A DNA stretch of 64,000 nucleotides from an uncultured Thermoplasmata archaeon (GCA_963749195.1 CAVVLX010000007.1:396031-460030), one strand, 5' to 3'; counted from the first letter of the stretch, positions 28,998 through 41,745 are shown. The notes: generated from the sequence alone by a model not told the origin. Made by a program: numbers and translations.

Positions 28998-29798
28998 ATG
29001 AGTGCCGTGGCGACCCAGCTGCCGGTGGAACATCTCACGCCGCATGACCTCGTCACGTATTTCCGGTGCCCTCACGAGATGGAACTCGTTCGGGCGCATC
29101 ATCAATCGGTCGCTTCCGGCCAGGCGATCCTCCCCCGTACTCCACTGGATGTGATCCCCCTTCGTCACTCCCCGCTCTTCTCTCCGCCCTTGGGTCATCT
29201 CTCGGTCAACGAAGGCCCCCTCGATGTCGGTCTCCACGATCTTTTGGTCTACCAGGACGCTTCCGAGGAAGGGCTCCCGATGCTGTTCCCGACGGATCGG
29301 GTTCATCTCGACGCACGATTCTCGGGTCGAGGAGCCACGCTGATAGACCCCGAATGGGGGCTCAGCGGTCGTCCCGATCTCATCATCCGACGAGGGGACC
29401 GAGACATCGTCCCGGTCGAGTACAAATCGACGCATCTGTTTGTCGGCTATCACGAAACGCATGGCCGGACCTTCGACACGCTGCAAGCAATCGCGGAATG
29501 TCGTCTCGTGCACGTGGCCTTCGGACAACGTCCGTCCGCGGGAGTCATCTGGTATGGGGATGTGGCGAGCGACGGGCAGCGAGAAGGCTGGGTCGAGATT
29601 CCGTACGGGGAAGCGGAAGAGCACTGGTTGAAGCAAGCGCTCGTGCAGATTCGAACGGACGCGGTTCGCCCTCCGGTTCCAGCAGAGCGAAATTGTGCCG
29701 GATGCGAACCGAACGCGGAAGGGCTCTGTCGATTCGCCGCGGCTCGATACGAGGGGTCTCACCTGCGGACGCACGGGCTCGCGCTTCCTCGAGAGTGA
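28998..29798 (+). CDS. Solo Cas4-like PD-(D/E)XK nuclease with Fe-S staple cysteines
   Basis: TYFRCP, LSGRPDLI, PVEYKS, LQAIAE, C-terminal NCAGCEPNAEGLC. Confidence 0.82.
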   Translation: MSAVATQLPVEHLTPHDLVTYFRCPHEMELVRAHHQSVASGQAILPRTPLDVIPLRHSPLFSPPLGHLSVNEGPLDVGLHDLLVYQDASEEGLPMLFPTDRVHLDARFSGRGATLIDPEWGLSGRPDLIIRRGDRDIVPVEYKSTHLFVGYHETHGRTFDTLQAIAECRLVHVAFGQRPSAGVIWYGDVASDGQREGWVEIPYGEAEEHWLKQALVQIRTDAVRPPVPAERNCAGCEPNAEGLCRFAAARYEGSHLRTHGLALPRE

Positions 29799-29836
29799 GG
29801 TGCCGTGGACGCTGCTGCAGAGGTCCTTCGCAGTTG

Positions 29837-29843
29837 TTAAATA
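29837..29843 (+). promoter_or_regulatory. Putative TATA box of the 23S rRNA transcript
   Basis: TTAAATA about 170 nt upstream of the mature 23S. Confidence 0.55.
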
Positions 29844-30010
29844 GAAAGTCCCAGTTCCAACTCAGCCGCGCCGCGGAAACTCCGATTGGGCGGTCATGCA
29901 CCCGTAGAGGCCGGGGCCTCGCCGGGGAAGGGCGCAAGGTCCGCTGTCGCTCGACGGCGGACCGATGACGCCATCACACGCGTTCTGGACGCTTGTCAAG
30001 TGCAATCAGT

Positions 30011-32942
<2,932 letters not shown>

Positions 32943-32979
32943 GTAAGCTGACTGCGCTTGACAGTTAAACAGAACGCGT

Positions 32980-34386
32980 GTGAAAAACCCCGGAACTTCG
33001 GGGGACGAGCCGGCGGGCTCGATTCTCCTACCCGGCGGGGATCCTACGTCGGCGCGTTCCGCCGATCCCTTCGGACCCTCCCGAGGAACGCTCAAACTCT
33101 TCGTATTCGAACACCTTGGCCGACCCGTGCCCGTCGCCACGCTCCACGACGCCTGGCCGGAGCTCGTCGCCACCGCCCTGAGCTTTCTCCTGATCCTGTA
33201 CACTTGGCCTCGCGCGCAACCGCTTCGCGACTGGATCGACCGCCGATGGCGCGGAGTGCTCGATCGATGGCTGGACTGGCGCCTCCTGATGTGCGTGGTC
33301 GGCGTGATCTTTCTGCTCGCCGCGTTCGTTCAATCCGCCCCGGTCGCCGGCTGTCCGAACTCCAGTGACGATACGGGTTCGTTTCTCTACCAGGGTCAAG
33401 CGCTCTGGCGCGGCGCGGACCCGTTCCAACTGTCTCGATGTGGAGTCCTCATCCCCATTCCCATCGGAGCCGCTGGGATCCTGCTGAACGCGTGGGGCAG
33501 CGTGGGGGGGCGCCCCGGGATCTGGATCGTCTGGGAGTTCTCCGCGCTGACCCTGATCCCGTTGACCTGGTTCCTGAGCGGGGCGGAACGTCGGTTCACC
33601 ACGCTGTTCGTCGCAACCTCGGGTCTGTTCGTTCCCCTCGTGATCGGCCAGATCGAAGGGGCGAACAGCGCCTTCGGAGCGGTCGCGGTGCTTTTGCCTA
33701 TCTGGCTGGCCGCGCGCGGTCGAACTGGGAGCGGTCTCGTAGCGGGGTTCCTGTCGACGATGAAATTCCCTTCCCTCTTCCCGTTCCTCGGCGCCACGGG
33801 GGGCTTCGGCCCTTCGCGCAATCGAGAGTTGCTTTTCACGTGGGTCGGCTTCGTCGGAGGGAGCACGATCAGCTGGGCGATCTGGGGGCCGGTCTTCCTG
33901 TCGACGGTCTTCTTTGGCCAACTCGGTCGGCATGACCTCAGCGTCAATGAATTCGGATTGCTGATCGGAACGGGTTGGTTCCCGCCCGTCGAGATTCTTG
34001 CCGTTCTCCAGGGGCTCGCATTGTTCGGATCCATCGCCTTCGTCTATCTTCGACGCTGGCCGACCCTGCCGGCGATGGCTCTCGTCACCCTCGTCGTCTG
34101 CCTGGTGATTCCCCGACTTCCGTTCAACTTTCTCGCCTGGTTGATCCCGCTCGCCGTCCTCGGCACGCGGTACTGTCGCTGGCTCTTTCTCCTCGGGGCG
34201 ATCGGAGCGTTGAACAGTTCGGTCGCGATCCCACTCTACTTCAACGCAGCCCCGCCGGTCTACTGGCCGACCCAGCTGCTCGGCGGATTGATGGGCGTGT
34301 TGATGGTGTTGGTGGCGATCCAGCTCGTTCGAGAGCAGCGGGCTTCGCGGCTTCTCAACACTGCCCCCGTCTTTCGATTGACCTGA
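32980..34386 (+). CDS. GT-C-like (GT87/DUF2029-like) polytopic membrane protein; true start probably downstream of 32980
   Basis: Acidic loop SSDD..QGQALWRGADPF, about 10 TM helices, STMKFP, FLAWLIP. Confidence 0.65.
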   Translation: MKNPGTSGDEPAGSILLPGGDPTSARSADPFGPSRGTLKLFVFEHLGRPVPVATLHDAWPELVATALSFLLILYTWPRAQPLRDWIDRRWRGVLDRWLDWRLLMCVVGVIFLLAAFVQSAPVAGCPNSSDDTGSFLYQGQALWRGADPFQLSRCGVLIPIPIGAAGILLNAWGSVGGRPGIWIVWEFSALTLIPLTWFLSGAERRFTTLFVATSGLFVPLVIGQIEGANSAFGAVAVLLPIWLAARGRTGSGLVAGFLSTMKFPSLFPFLGATGGFGPSRNRELLFTWVGFVGGSTISWAIWGPVFLSTVFFGQLGRHDLSVNEFGLLIGTGWFPPVEILAVLQGLALFGSIAFVYLRRWPTLPAMALVTLVVCLVIPRLPFNFLAWLIPLAVLGTRYCRWLFLLGAIGALNSSVAIPLYFNAAPPVYWPTQLLGGLMGVLMVLVAIQLVREQRASRLLNTAPVFRLT

Positions 34387-34517
34387 ACGGCGTGCTCGAT
34401 TCCCTGGGAGCGGCGCTCCGATCTCGGGAGGGTTTCCACTTCCACCGATGTTTAGTGTTCGTCCGGTACTTGGGAATCGTGCCGTCGCTCGGCGTCTCCC
34501 GAAGTCATTGGCCGGTC

Positions 34518-34859
34518 GTGGGGTGGATTCGACTGAGGTTGCCGCCCCCGGAGATCCCGGTCGCATTGATGGGGGGCCCACCGCCCCCCTTGGAGCCGCC
34601 CCTCGATCTCCTGGTGCGGAATCCGGTCCCGACCGACCCACGCAAAAGGGTGTTTGCCTTCGAGGAAGAACGAGGCGATTGGGTGCTTCGACTCGTCTGG
34701 GACGCCGACGACCCGATGATCCTCGAAGCGGAGTACCGCGCCCCCGTATACGATCGACGCCTCCCCCGGAGTGAAGTGCCTTCTTTCTGGAAGGCGGTCA
34801 AAGAGAAGATCGCGCCGCTCGGCCCCCTTCCCGTCGATGCGGCCGATCCCCGTCCGTAG
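34518..34859 (+). CDS. Hypothetical protein; start uncertain
   Basis: Protein-like composition RVFAFEEERGDWVLRLVWDADDPMILEAEY; fills the gap between genes. Confidence 0.6.
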   Translation: MGWIRLRLPPPEIPVALMGGPPPPLEPPLDLLVRNPVPTDPRKRVFAFEEERGDWVLRLVWDADDPMILEAEYRAPVYDRRLPRSEVPSFWKAVKEKIAPLGPLPVDAADPRP

Positions 34860-34906
34860 CGTCGCGTCGGCCAGAATGTTAAAAGAGGCCACGGGGTCGG
34901 GGTCGC

Positions 34907-35728
34907 GTGCTCCGGTCCACCTTCCTCCACTTGGATACGATCGGACCGGCGACGGAAGCACAGCTGTGGCGTCGCGGAGTCCTCGATTGGCGCGATCTCG
35001 CGACCGCGGCGCAGATTCCGAACCTCTCGGAGGAGCGGCGTCGCCGGCTCCTTCGAGACCTCACCCGGAGCGAGCAAGCCCTCGCGGAGCGCGACGCCGG
35101 TTGGTTTGCCCATCGACTTCCAATGGGCGAACTCTGGCGGTTGTATCCGTCCTTCCGAGACTCGACGGCTTTTCTCGATATTGAGACCACCGGACTCTCC
35201 CCGTTTGCCGGGATCGTCACGGTCGTCACGGTCCACGGCAGCGGATCGACCCGGACGTTCGTCGCCGACGATGACCTCGAAGAATTGCCGGCTTGGCTTC
35301 GCCGATTCCAGCTCCTCGTCTCGTTCAACGGCCGATTGTTCGACGTACCTTTCCTCGAAACGAGGTTTCCGCATCTCGTGGTTCCGGTCGCGCACATCGA
35401 CCTGCGGTTCGTGCTCTACCGCCTGGGACTTTCCGGTGGACTCAAGCGGATTGAGGAACGACTGGGGATCGGGGGTCGCTCCGGAGTCGAAGGGATTCGG
35501 GGGCTGGACGCGGTGCGGCTTTGGGAAGAGTTTCGCGCGGGTCAAACCGCGGCGCTCGATCGGCTAATCAAGTACAATCGCGCGGATACCGTCAATCTCG
35601 AACCTCTCCTCGAGTTCGCGGTCCGCGAGCTCACCGAACGCCTTCTCGGTCCGGGGGTTCGGTCGCCGGCGGGGGTTGGGGGCGCTCGCCAGGCGTTCTC
35701 CGGCTTGGAATATCCCTCGCCTTCGTGA
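34907..35728 (+). CDS. YprB/RNase_H_2-type DEDD 3'-5' exonuclease
   Basis: AFLDIETTGL, VSFNGRLFDVPFL, HIDLR, GGLKRIE, YNRAD. Confidence 0.9.
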   Translation: MLRSTFLHLDTIGPATEAQLWRRGVLDWRDLATAAQIPNLSEERRRRLLRDLTRSEQALAERDAGWFAHRLPMGELWRLYPSFRDSTAFLDIETTGLSPFAGIVTVVTVHGSGSTRTFVADDDLEELPAWLRRFQLLVSFNGRLFDVPFLETRFPHLVVPVAHIDLRFVLYRLGLSGGLKRIEERLGIGGRSGVEGIRGLDAVRLWEEFRAGQTAALDRLIKYNRADTVNLEPLLEFAVRELTERLLGPGVRSPAGVGGARQAFSGLEYPSPS

Positions 35729-35790
35729 GCCCCGTCCACGGGCGGGCGCCGCTTCCCATCGAGCCACGAGCGCGAGGACGAGGGGAAAGA

Positions 35791-36534
35791 TTACTGGGGC
35801 CGCGTCGGTCCCCCGGCGGGGCCTCCCGACGCGACTTCGGGCGGCGCGGTCCAATTCCAATTCATGGATTCCGGCTTTCGTCCGGAAAAGAGCAACGCGA
35901 ATCCGCCAATCAAGATCACTCCCCCGACTACCGCGAGATACCACCCCGGGGATGGTCCCCATGTAGCCGTGGCCCCCGAACCCGAGGTGGACCCCCAGAA
36001 CGAATTGGCGGGACTCGTTCCGTTCGATCCCCCGCCGAGGTTGCCGTTGCCGGAGGTGGAGTAATCTTGAGCGATCGCCCCGGGTTGGGCGAGCAGAAGG
36101 TGGATCGGCGCGAGCAGGGCCACGATGAGGGCTAATATGATGAGAATCAGGGCCGGTTGCACCAATCGCTGACGGCCCCGCGAGAGCAACGACACGATCG
36201 CCCCGACGACCCCGAGCGCCAAACCTCCGAGGAGAAGGTATTGTACCGAGGCATACAGATTGCCAGTGTTCGTCGCCTGGTACGAGGAGTAGGTCTCGGA
36301 CGAGGGGCAGGCGGCATCCGGCCCGGAACACGAAATCGATACCTGAGGCGATGTCGTCGGAAGACCAAACGTAGCCGTGTCCGAGTCGCCGAAGGCTGAG
36401 ATCTGGTAGGACCACCAACCGAGAAACAGAGAACTGATGAGAAGAATCACGCCGATGAGAACAACCGCGCCGGCAACGGTTCGCTTCGTGCGAGCAGAAC
36501 GGGACACGAGAGGTTTCTCCGGGGGGATCCTCAA
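35791..36534 (-). CDS. Hypothetical four-TM membrane protein with Ser/Gly/Thr-rich loops
   Basis: Four hydrophobic helices, LFLGWW, loop with paired Cys, TWGPSPGWYLAVVG. Confidence 0.7.
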   Translation of the reverse strand: MRIPPEKPLVSRSARTKRTVAGAVVLIGVILLISSLFLGWWSYQISAFGDSDTATFGLPTTSPQVSISCSGPDAACPSSETYSSYQATNTGNLYASVQYLLLGGLALGVVGAIVSLLSRGRQRLVQPALILIILALIVALLAPIHLLLAQPGAIAQDYSTSGNGNLGGGSNGTSPANSFWGSTSGSGATATWGPSPGWYLAVVGGVILIGGFALLFSGRKPESMNWNWTAPPEVASGGPAGGPTRPQ

Positions 36535-36661
36535 AACGTGTTGGGCGATTGCGACCTTAAATGTTCGTTCAGAGAGGGGAACCTCCGAATGAGTGACGCC
36601 GCGGAATGACTTGTCCGAAGCGCGGTGAACCTCCGATCTTCAGCGTCCCGGGGGAGACGAG

Positions 36662-37771
36662 TCACGAAGCCTCCCTCCGCTGCGCGGGAGGTCGGGACCC
36701 TGGAGCGCGGTGGCGCGCCAACCGATTTCGAGCTCGCAGCAGGGGAACCAGGAGGATCACGAGGGATTCCGGAATCTGTGGCGCGGAGCGGTGGAATCTT
36801 CTTGCGAGCAGTTCGGTCGCCTCGGATCGGGTCGACGCATAGGAGGATCCCCGAATGGTCGTGACATAGCGCGGCCCAAAGATGGCCACGACCCACAACG
36901 GATACAGTACGTAGTTGATGTGGCTCAGGATAGCCCCACCGGAATAGAAGCCCGTCGCGAAGCCTTGACAGGGTCGGCTCTGGACCAGGATTGCGTGGCA
37001 CCAGACCCCTCCCGGCGACAGGAGCGCAAAGGGGGCAAGGAAGGCAGCGGTCACGACGAGCGCGACCAAGGCATCCCTCCATTGGCGATTCCACGCATGA
37101 TAGAATACCACAATGACGTTCGCGAATTGCTTCAAGCCGAGAGCCACGATCTCGGCGACTTTCGAGTTCCAACCCTGAAGAGTGACGAATGTGAGGGTTA
37201 GCACGAGGATGGGAATATAGTCGTTAAACCCATTGGCCGCCAGCAAGGCGATCCACGGGCTTCCGAGGATCATCACACTGACTCCGATTTTCCGGACCGC
37301 GTAGGTCGTCGCGAGCCATGCCCCGAGACAGAGCCACCGATAATCGAGTCCCGGAACCCAAGCCAAGGAGAGCAAGGGTAGGTAGACGTAGTAGGAACTC
37401 GAGAAGTGTACCCCGCTCCCCATCTGAGTATAGGTAAGGTGGAGCGACGAGCCGTAGAGATTCGGCCAGAGCTGGACGAATGCCGGCATGAAATACGGTT
37501 CGTCGGTGAGACCGTTGCCGACCCCGCTCACGACCGAGAACAGCCCGATTCCGAGGGAGATGCCGACCCAGATGGCTAGAAATCCGGAGTCTCGGTGCAG
37601 GTCCCAACGATACGCTACGGCGAAGGTGCCGAGTACGGTGAGAAGGACGAGGGTACCGGAAAGCGGAGTAGAAAGCAGAAAGGTGGCGAGGGTGAGGGCT
37701 AAGGAGAAGAAGCCGAAACTGACGATCACCGTCGCTCGAGCGACTCGGTCGGTGCCGCGGGAAAGATGCAC
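36662..37771 (-). CDS. GT-C-like polytopic membrane protein; paralog of 41845-43266
   Basis: GNGLTDEPY, YVYLPLL, PGLDYRW, NGFND, LGLKQFAN. Confidence 0.7.
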   Translation of the reverse strand: MHLSRGTDRVARATVIVSFGFFSLALTLATFLLSTPLSGTLVLLTVLGTFAVAYRWDLHRDSGFLAIWVGISLGIGLFSVVSGVGNGLTDEPYFMPAFVQLWPNLYGSSLHLTYTQMGSGVHFSSSYYVYLPLLSLAWVPGLDYRWLCLGAWLATTYAVRKIGVSVMILGSPWIALLAANGFNDYIPILVLTLTFVTLQGWNSKVAEIVALGLKQFANVIVVFYHAWNRQWRDALVALVVTAAFLAPFALLSPGGVWCHAILVQSRPCQGFATGFYSGGAILSHINYVLYPLWVVAIFGPRYVTTIRGSSYASTRSEATELLARRFHRSAPQIPESLVILLVPLLRARNRLARHRAPGSRPPAQRREAS

Positions 37772-37795
37772 GCCGACCCACCCCTCGGTCGGCTC

Positions 37796-38692
37796 TTAGG
37801 CCGGAGATTCCCGGGCGCGAATCGAGGAGCGTGGAGATCGTTCTCGCCGTCGCGGTGGAGGTATGTAGCTTCCCGCTGGAGGAAGCGCGCGATTGACCCG
37901 GTCCCGCGCCACGGAACAATATTCCTCCGAAGAATCGATGTGAAGGTAGTGACGGCCGAGACGCCGCGCGACGGCGGCGACCGTGCCGGTCCCCCCGAAC
38001 ATATCGAGCACCACGTTCCCTCGATAACTGTAGAATTTGACGATTCGCTCGATGAGCGGTTCGGGGAACGGTGCCGGGTGACCCTTTCGGCGACGTTCCG
38101 GTGGGATCGCCCAGAATCCATCCGAGAACGTTTCGAACTCCTTCGCCGTGATATCGACCGCGGCCCGGTCGCCTGGCAATTTCCACTGACCCTTGGAGAA
38201 TACGAGGACGTATTCCCACGAAGGAACTACGTGCGGATTGGAGGGGCTCCGCCAGCTTCCCCAGGCGGTGCGTCGACCCATGGTCTGCTTGTACCAGATG
38301 ATCTCCGTCCGCATGATGAAGCCCAGATCCTGAAGGTCGCGCGTCAGCTCGTGGTGAATCGGCCGAAAATCCTTGATCGAGGTCGGCGCCACATTGAGGG
38401 CGAATCGGCCGCCCGGGACCAGCACGGGAAACAGCTCCGACCAGATCGTTCGTAGCCAGGCCCGGTACTCGGCGTGGGTCCGGTCGTCCGAGTAACCGGC
38501 GTAGGGCATGCCGAGATTGTAGGGCGGGGAGGTGATCGCCAAGTGGACGCTCTCCCGAGGAAGTCCCACGAGGATCTCGCGTGCGTCGCCCTGTACGATC
38601 CGATCGAAGAATCGAAGGCGTCGTTCCTTCTGACGGGAGCCGAGCAACGCGATCGGAGGCACCGGAGGATCGAGGTGGGATTGCCAAATCAA
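37796..38692 (-). CDS. Site-specific DNA methyltransferase, class beta, SPPY type (probably m4C)
   Basis: AITSPPYN, IIWYK, HPAPFPEPLIER, VLDMFGGTGT. Confidence 0.92.
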   Translation of the reverse strand: MIWQSHLDPPVPPIALLGSRQKERRLRFFDRIVQGDAREILVGLPRESVHLAITSPPYNLGMPYAGYSDDRTHAEYRAWLRTIWSELFPVLVPGGRFALNVAPTSIKDFRPIHHELTRDLQDLGFIMRTEIIWYKQTMGRRTAWGSWRSPSNPHVVPSWEYVLVFSKGQWKLPGDRAAVDITAKEFETFSDGFWAIPPERRRKGHPAPFPEPLIERIVKFYSYRGNVVLDMFGGTGTVAAVARRLGRHYLHIDSSEEYCSVARDRVNRALPPAGSYIPPPRRRERSPRSSIRARESPA

Positions 38693-38914
38693 GGTTCCGA
38701 CGTTCTCCCGCCGGTTCGAGCCCCCTAGCTGCCGCGACCAACGGGCGCCTATCGAGCGGGTTGCAGCTTCTCCCGTCGAGGCCGGGGGTCACACCCGGAA
38801 GGAATGCTACGCGTCCCGAGCAGTCAGGGGATTCCAGAGGGCTCGACGCGCTTCAAGAGCCGGCCCGAGACGGCAACCGTATAATCTCTCCCGATTGCAC
38901 CGAAGCGTACGTCC

Positions 38915-40054
38915 ATGGCCGTGCGGATCGCCGTTCCAAAGGAAGCTGCCCCTGGTGAAGCGCGGGTATCGCTCGTCCCCGAGGTCGTGGCGAAGCTCGT
39001 TAAATCCGGAGTGGAAGTGCGCGTGGAGGCTGGGGCGGGGCTTGCTAGCCGATACCCAAACGAGGCGTACCAAGCAGCCGGTGCGTCGATCGAAAGCGAT
39101 CGAAAGGCGCTCTGGGGAGAAAGTCGGATCGTACTGAAGGTTCAGATTCCCACCCCGGAAGAGATCGGATGGATGGCCCCGGGGACGATCGTGATCGGAT
39201 TGATGAACGCCTCCCGCAACCTCGACCGAGTCCGGGTCCTCCGCGACGCGCAGGTGACCAGCTTCGCGCTCGAGTTCCTGCCCCGGATCACCCGAGCGCA
39301 AAGCATGGACGTGCTTTCGTCTCAGGCCACCGTAGCGGGGTATCGGGCGGCGCTCACGGGTGCGGAGCTATGTCCAAAATTCCTGCCGATGTTGACGACG
39401 GCCGCCGGCACGATCCGTCCCGCGAAGATCCTCATTCTCGGCGCCGGCGTGGCGGGGCTCATGGCGATCGCGACCGCGCGTCGTTTGGGGGCGATCGTCG
39501 AGGCGTACGACGTGCGACGAGCGGCGGGAGAGCAGGTCCGCAGTCTGGGCGCGAAGTTCCTCGAACTCCAGATCAACGCCGAGGGAAGCGGGGGCTATGC
39601 CCGAGAGCTGACGGACGATGAAAAGGCGCAAGAGCGTCAGATGGTCGCGAAAGCGGTCGCCGACGCCGACGTTGTGATCACGACCGCCAACGTGCCGGGT
39701 CGCAAAGCTCCGTTGCTGGTCAGTCGCGAGATGGTTTCCCACATGCGGCTGGGTGCGGTTATTGTCGACCTCGCGGCCGAATCCGGTGGGAACTGCGAAC
39801 TGACTCGAGGGGGCGAGACGATCCAGGCGAGCGGGGTCACGATCACTGGGCCACTCAACCTCCCCAGCGAGCTCCCGTTCCATGCGAGCCAAATGTATTC
39901 GAAAAATCTCGAGGCGTTCCTGGGACTGCTCATACTCCCCCCCGGGCAGCTCGTGGCTGACTATACCGATGAGATTCTCGCGGCGAGCCTGCTCACCGAT
40001 CGCGGAGAGGTTCGCCATCCCGCGACCAGGGAACAACTAGCGGGAGCGAAGTAA
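38915..40054 (+). CDS. pntA: NAD(P) transhydrogenase alpha subunit part 1 (domain I)
   Basis: PRITRAQSMDVLSSQ, LGAGVAGL, EGSGGYA, DLAAESGGNCE. Confidence 0.96.
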   Translation: MAVRIAVPKEAAPGEARVSLVPEVVAKLVKSGVEVRVEAGAGLASRYPNEAYQAAGASIESDRKALWGESRIVLKVQIPTPEEIGWMAPGTIVIGLMNASRNLDRVRVLRDAQVTSFALEFLPRITRAQSMDVLSSQATVAGYRAALTGAELCPKFLPMLTTAAGTIRPAKILILGAGVAGLMAIATARRLGAIVEAYDVRRAAGEQVRSLGAKFLELQINAEGSGGYARELTDDEKAQERQMVAKAVADADVVITTANVPGRKAPLLVSREMVSHMRLGAVIVDLAAESGGNCELTRGGETIQASGVTITGPLNLPSELPFHASQMYSKNLEAFLGLLILPPGQLVADYTDEILAASLLTDRGEVRHPATREQLAGAK

Positions 40055-40357
40055 GTGGCCGCGGATATCTGGACGGCCCTCTTCATCGCGATTCTCGCCG
40101 CATTCACGGGTTACGAGGTCATCGGGCGCGTGCCCGTGCTCTTGCACACGCCCCTCATGTCCGGATCGAATTTCATTCACGGTATCGTACTGGTCGGAGC
40201 GATCGTCGCGTTGGGATTTGCCACGACCCCGCTCGAGCAAGCGATCGGCCTGGTGGCCGTGATCATGGGCGCGATGAATGTGACGGGCGGATACGTCGTC
40301 ACGGAGCGGATACTCGCCATGTTCGACCGCTCGAAGAAGAAGGGGGGTCCGACATGA
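40055..40357 (+). CDS. pntA: NAD(P) transhydrogenase alpha subunit part 2 (membrane)
   Basis: VPVLLHTPLMSGSNFIHG, NVTGGYVVTERILAMF. Confidence 0.95.
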   Translation: MAADIWTALFIAILAAFTGYEVIGRVPVLLHTPLMSGSNFIHGIVLVGAIVALGFATTPLEQAIGLVAVIMGAMNVTGGYVVTERILAMFDRSKKKGGPT

Positions 40358-41745
40358 ACGCCTGGATCGGGCCGATCATCGATGCGATCTACGTGGTCGC
40401 CGTCATCGCCTTCATCCTCGGCCTCAAAGCGCTGAGCTCTCCCGAAACCGCCCGTCGGGGGATCGTGTATGCGGGGATCGCGATGCTCGTCGCCGCGGTC
40501 GTCACGATCTTCACGCCGGGACTTTCGAATTTTGCGCTGATTGCCCTCGGGGTCATCATCGGAGGCGGCGCCGGTTTCTACTGGGCCCGGGTCGTCAAGA
40601 TGACCGCGATGCCCCAGATGGTCGCGATCTTCAACGGCATGGGAGGCGGAGCGGCGGCGGCGATCGCCGCGATCGAGCTGCTGGCGGGGCTCGGCGATAC
40701 GACGACCGCGTCGTTGAGCGTGGCCGGCGCCGTCATCGGGTCGATTTCGATCGCGGGGAGCATTATTGCGTTCCTCAAGCTGCAGGGGTGGCTCCGTTCG
40801 AAACCGATCGTCTATCCCGCCCAGCAACCGACCAATATCGCGGTGCTGTTGGTGGGACTCGGATTCGGGGTATGGGCCGTGATCCAGACCCACGCCCTCT
40901 GGCTCCTCCCATTCTTTCTCTTGATGCTGCTCTTCGGAGTGCTTCTGACCCTTCCGATCGGGGGCGCCGACATGCCGGTCGTGATCAGCCTGTTCAATGC
41001 CCTCACCGGAGTGGCCGTAGCGCTCGACGGATTCGCCCTCGTGAACGGTCCTCTCGGAGACGCCGGATATGCGATGGTGATCGCCGGCACCCTCGTCGGG
41101 GCCGCAGGTTCGCTACTCACCATCCTGATGGCTCGAGCCATGAACCGTTCCGTGGGAAGCGTGATCTTCGGCGCCTTTGGGGCGACGGAAGAGGAGGGCG
41201 GACCGATCGCCGGCGCACTCAAGCCGATCGAAGTGGAGGATGCGGCGGTCCTGATGGAGTATGCGAACCAGGTGATCATCGCCCCGGGGTACGGAATGGC
41301 GGTCGCCCAGGCGCAGCAGAAGGTGAAGGAACTCACCGACGTGTTGGAAGCGAGAGGGGTGGCGGTCAAGTTCGCCATTCACCCAGTCGCGGGCCGAATG
41401 CCGGGCCACATGAACGTGCTGTTGGCGGAGGCCGGGATCTCCTACGACAAGCTGTTCGATCGAGAGGAGATCAATCCGGAATTTGCCACCACCGACGTCG
41501 TCCTCGTGATTGGGGCCAACGACGTGGTCAATCCGGCCGCCCGTCGAGCAGGGAGTGCGTTGCAAGGCATGCCGATCCTCGACGTCGACCAGGCGAAGAA
41601 CGTCATCGTGATCAAACGCGGTCAGGGGAAGGGATTCGCGGGCATCGAGAACGATCTCTTTTACAAGGACAACTGCCGGATGCTCTACGGAGACGCTCAA
41701 CAGGTCGTCGGGAAACTCGTCCAAGCGCTCAAGAAGCAGCCGTAG
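40354..41745 (+). CDS. pntB: NAD(P) transhydrogenase beta subunit
   Basis: MTAMPQMVA, IGGADMPVVIS, PGYGMAVAQAQ, HPVAGRMPGHMNVLLAEA, GANDVVNP. Confidence 0.97.
   Translation: MNAWIGPIIDAIYVVAVIAFILGLKALSSPETARRGIVYAGIAMLVAAVVTIFTPGLSNFALIALGVIIGGGAGFYWARVVKMTAMPQMVAIFNGMGGGAAAAIAAIELLAGLGDTTTASLSVAGAVIGSISIAGSIIAFLKLQGWLRSKPIVYPAQQPTNIAVLLVGLGFGVWAVIQTHALWLLPFFLLMLLFGVLLTLPIGGADMPVVISLFNALTGVAVALDGFALVNGPLGDAGYAMVIAGTLVGAAGSLLTILMARAMNRSVGSVIFGAFGATEEEGGPIAGALKPIEVEDAAVLMEYANQVIIAPGYGMAVAQAQQKVKELTDVLEARGVAVKFAIHPVAGRMPGHMNVLLAEAGISYDKLFDREEINPEFATTDVVLVIGANDVVNPAARRAGSALQGMPILDVDQAKNVIVIKRGQGKGFAGIENDLFYKDNCRMLYGDAQQVVGKLVQALKKQP

Noticed and set aside
28998..30010. CRISPR-Cas locus around the Cas4-like gene
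   Set aside because: I found no repeat-spacer array and no other cas genes in the window.
33028..34641. 537-aa minus-strand ORF and similar long antisense ORFs (e.g. 37224-38792, 55097-56383)
   Set aside because: Arg/Pro/Gly-rich shadow frames of real genes, expected at high GC content.
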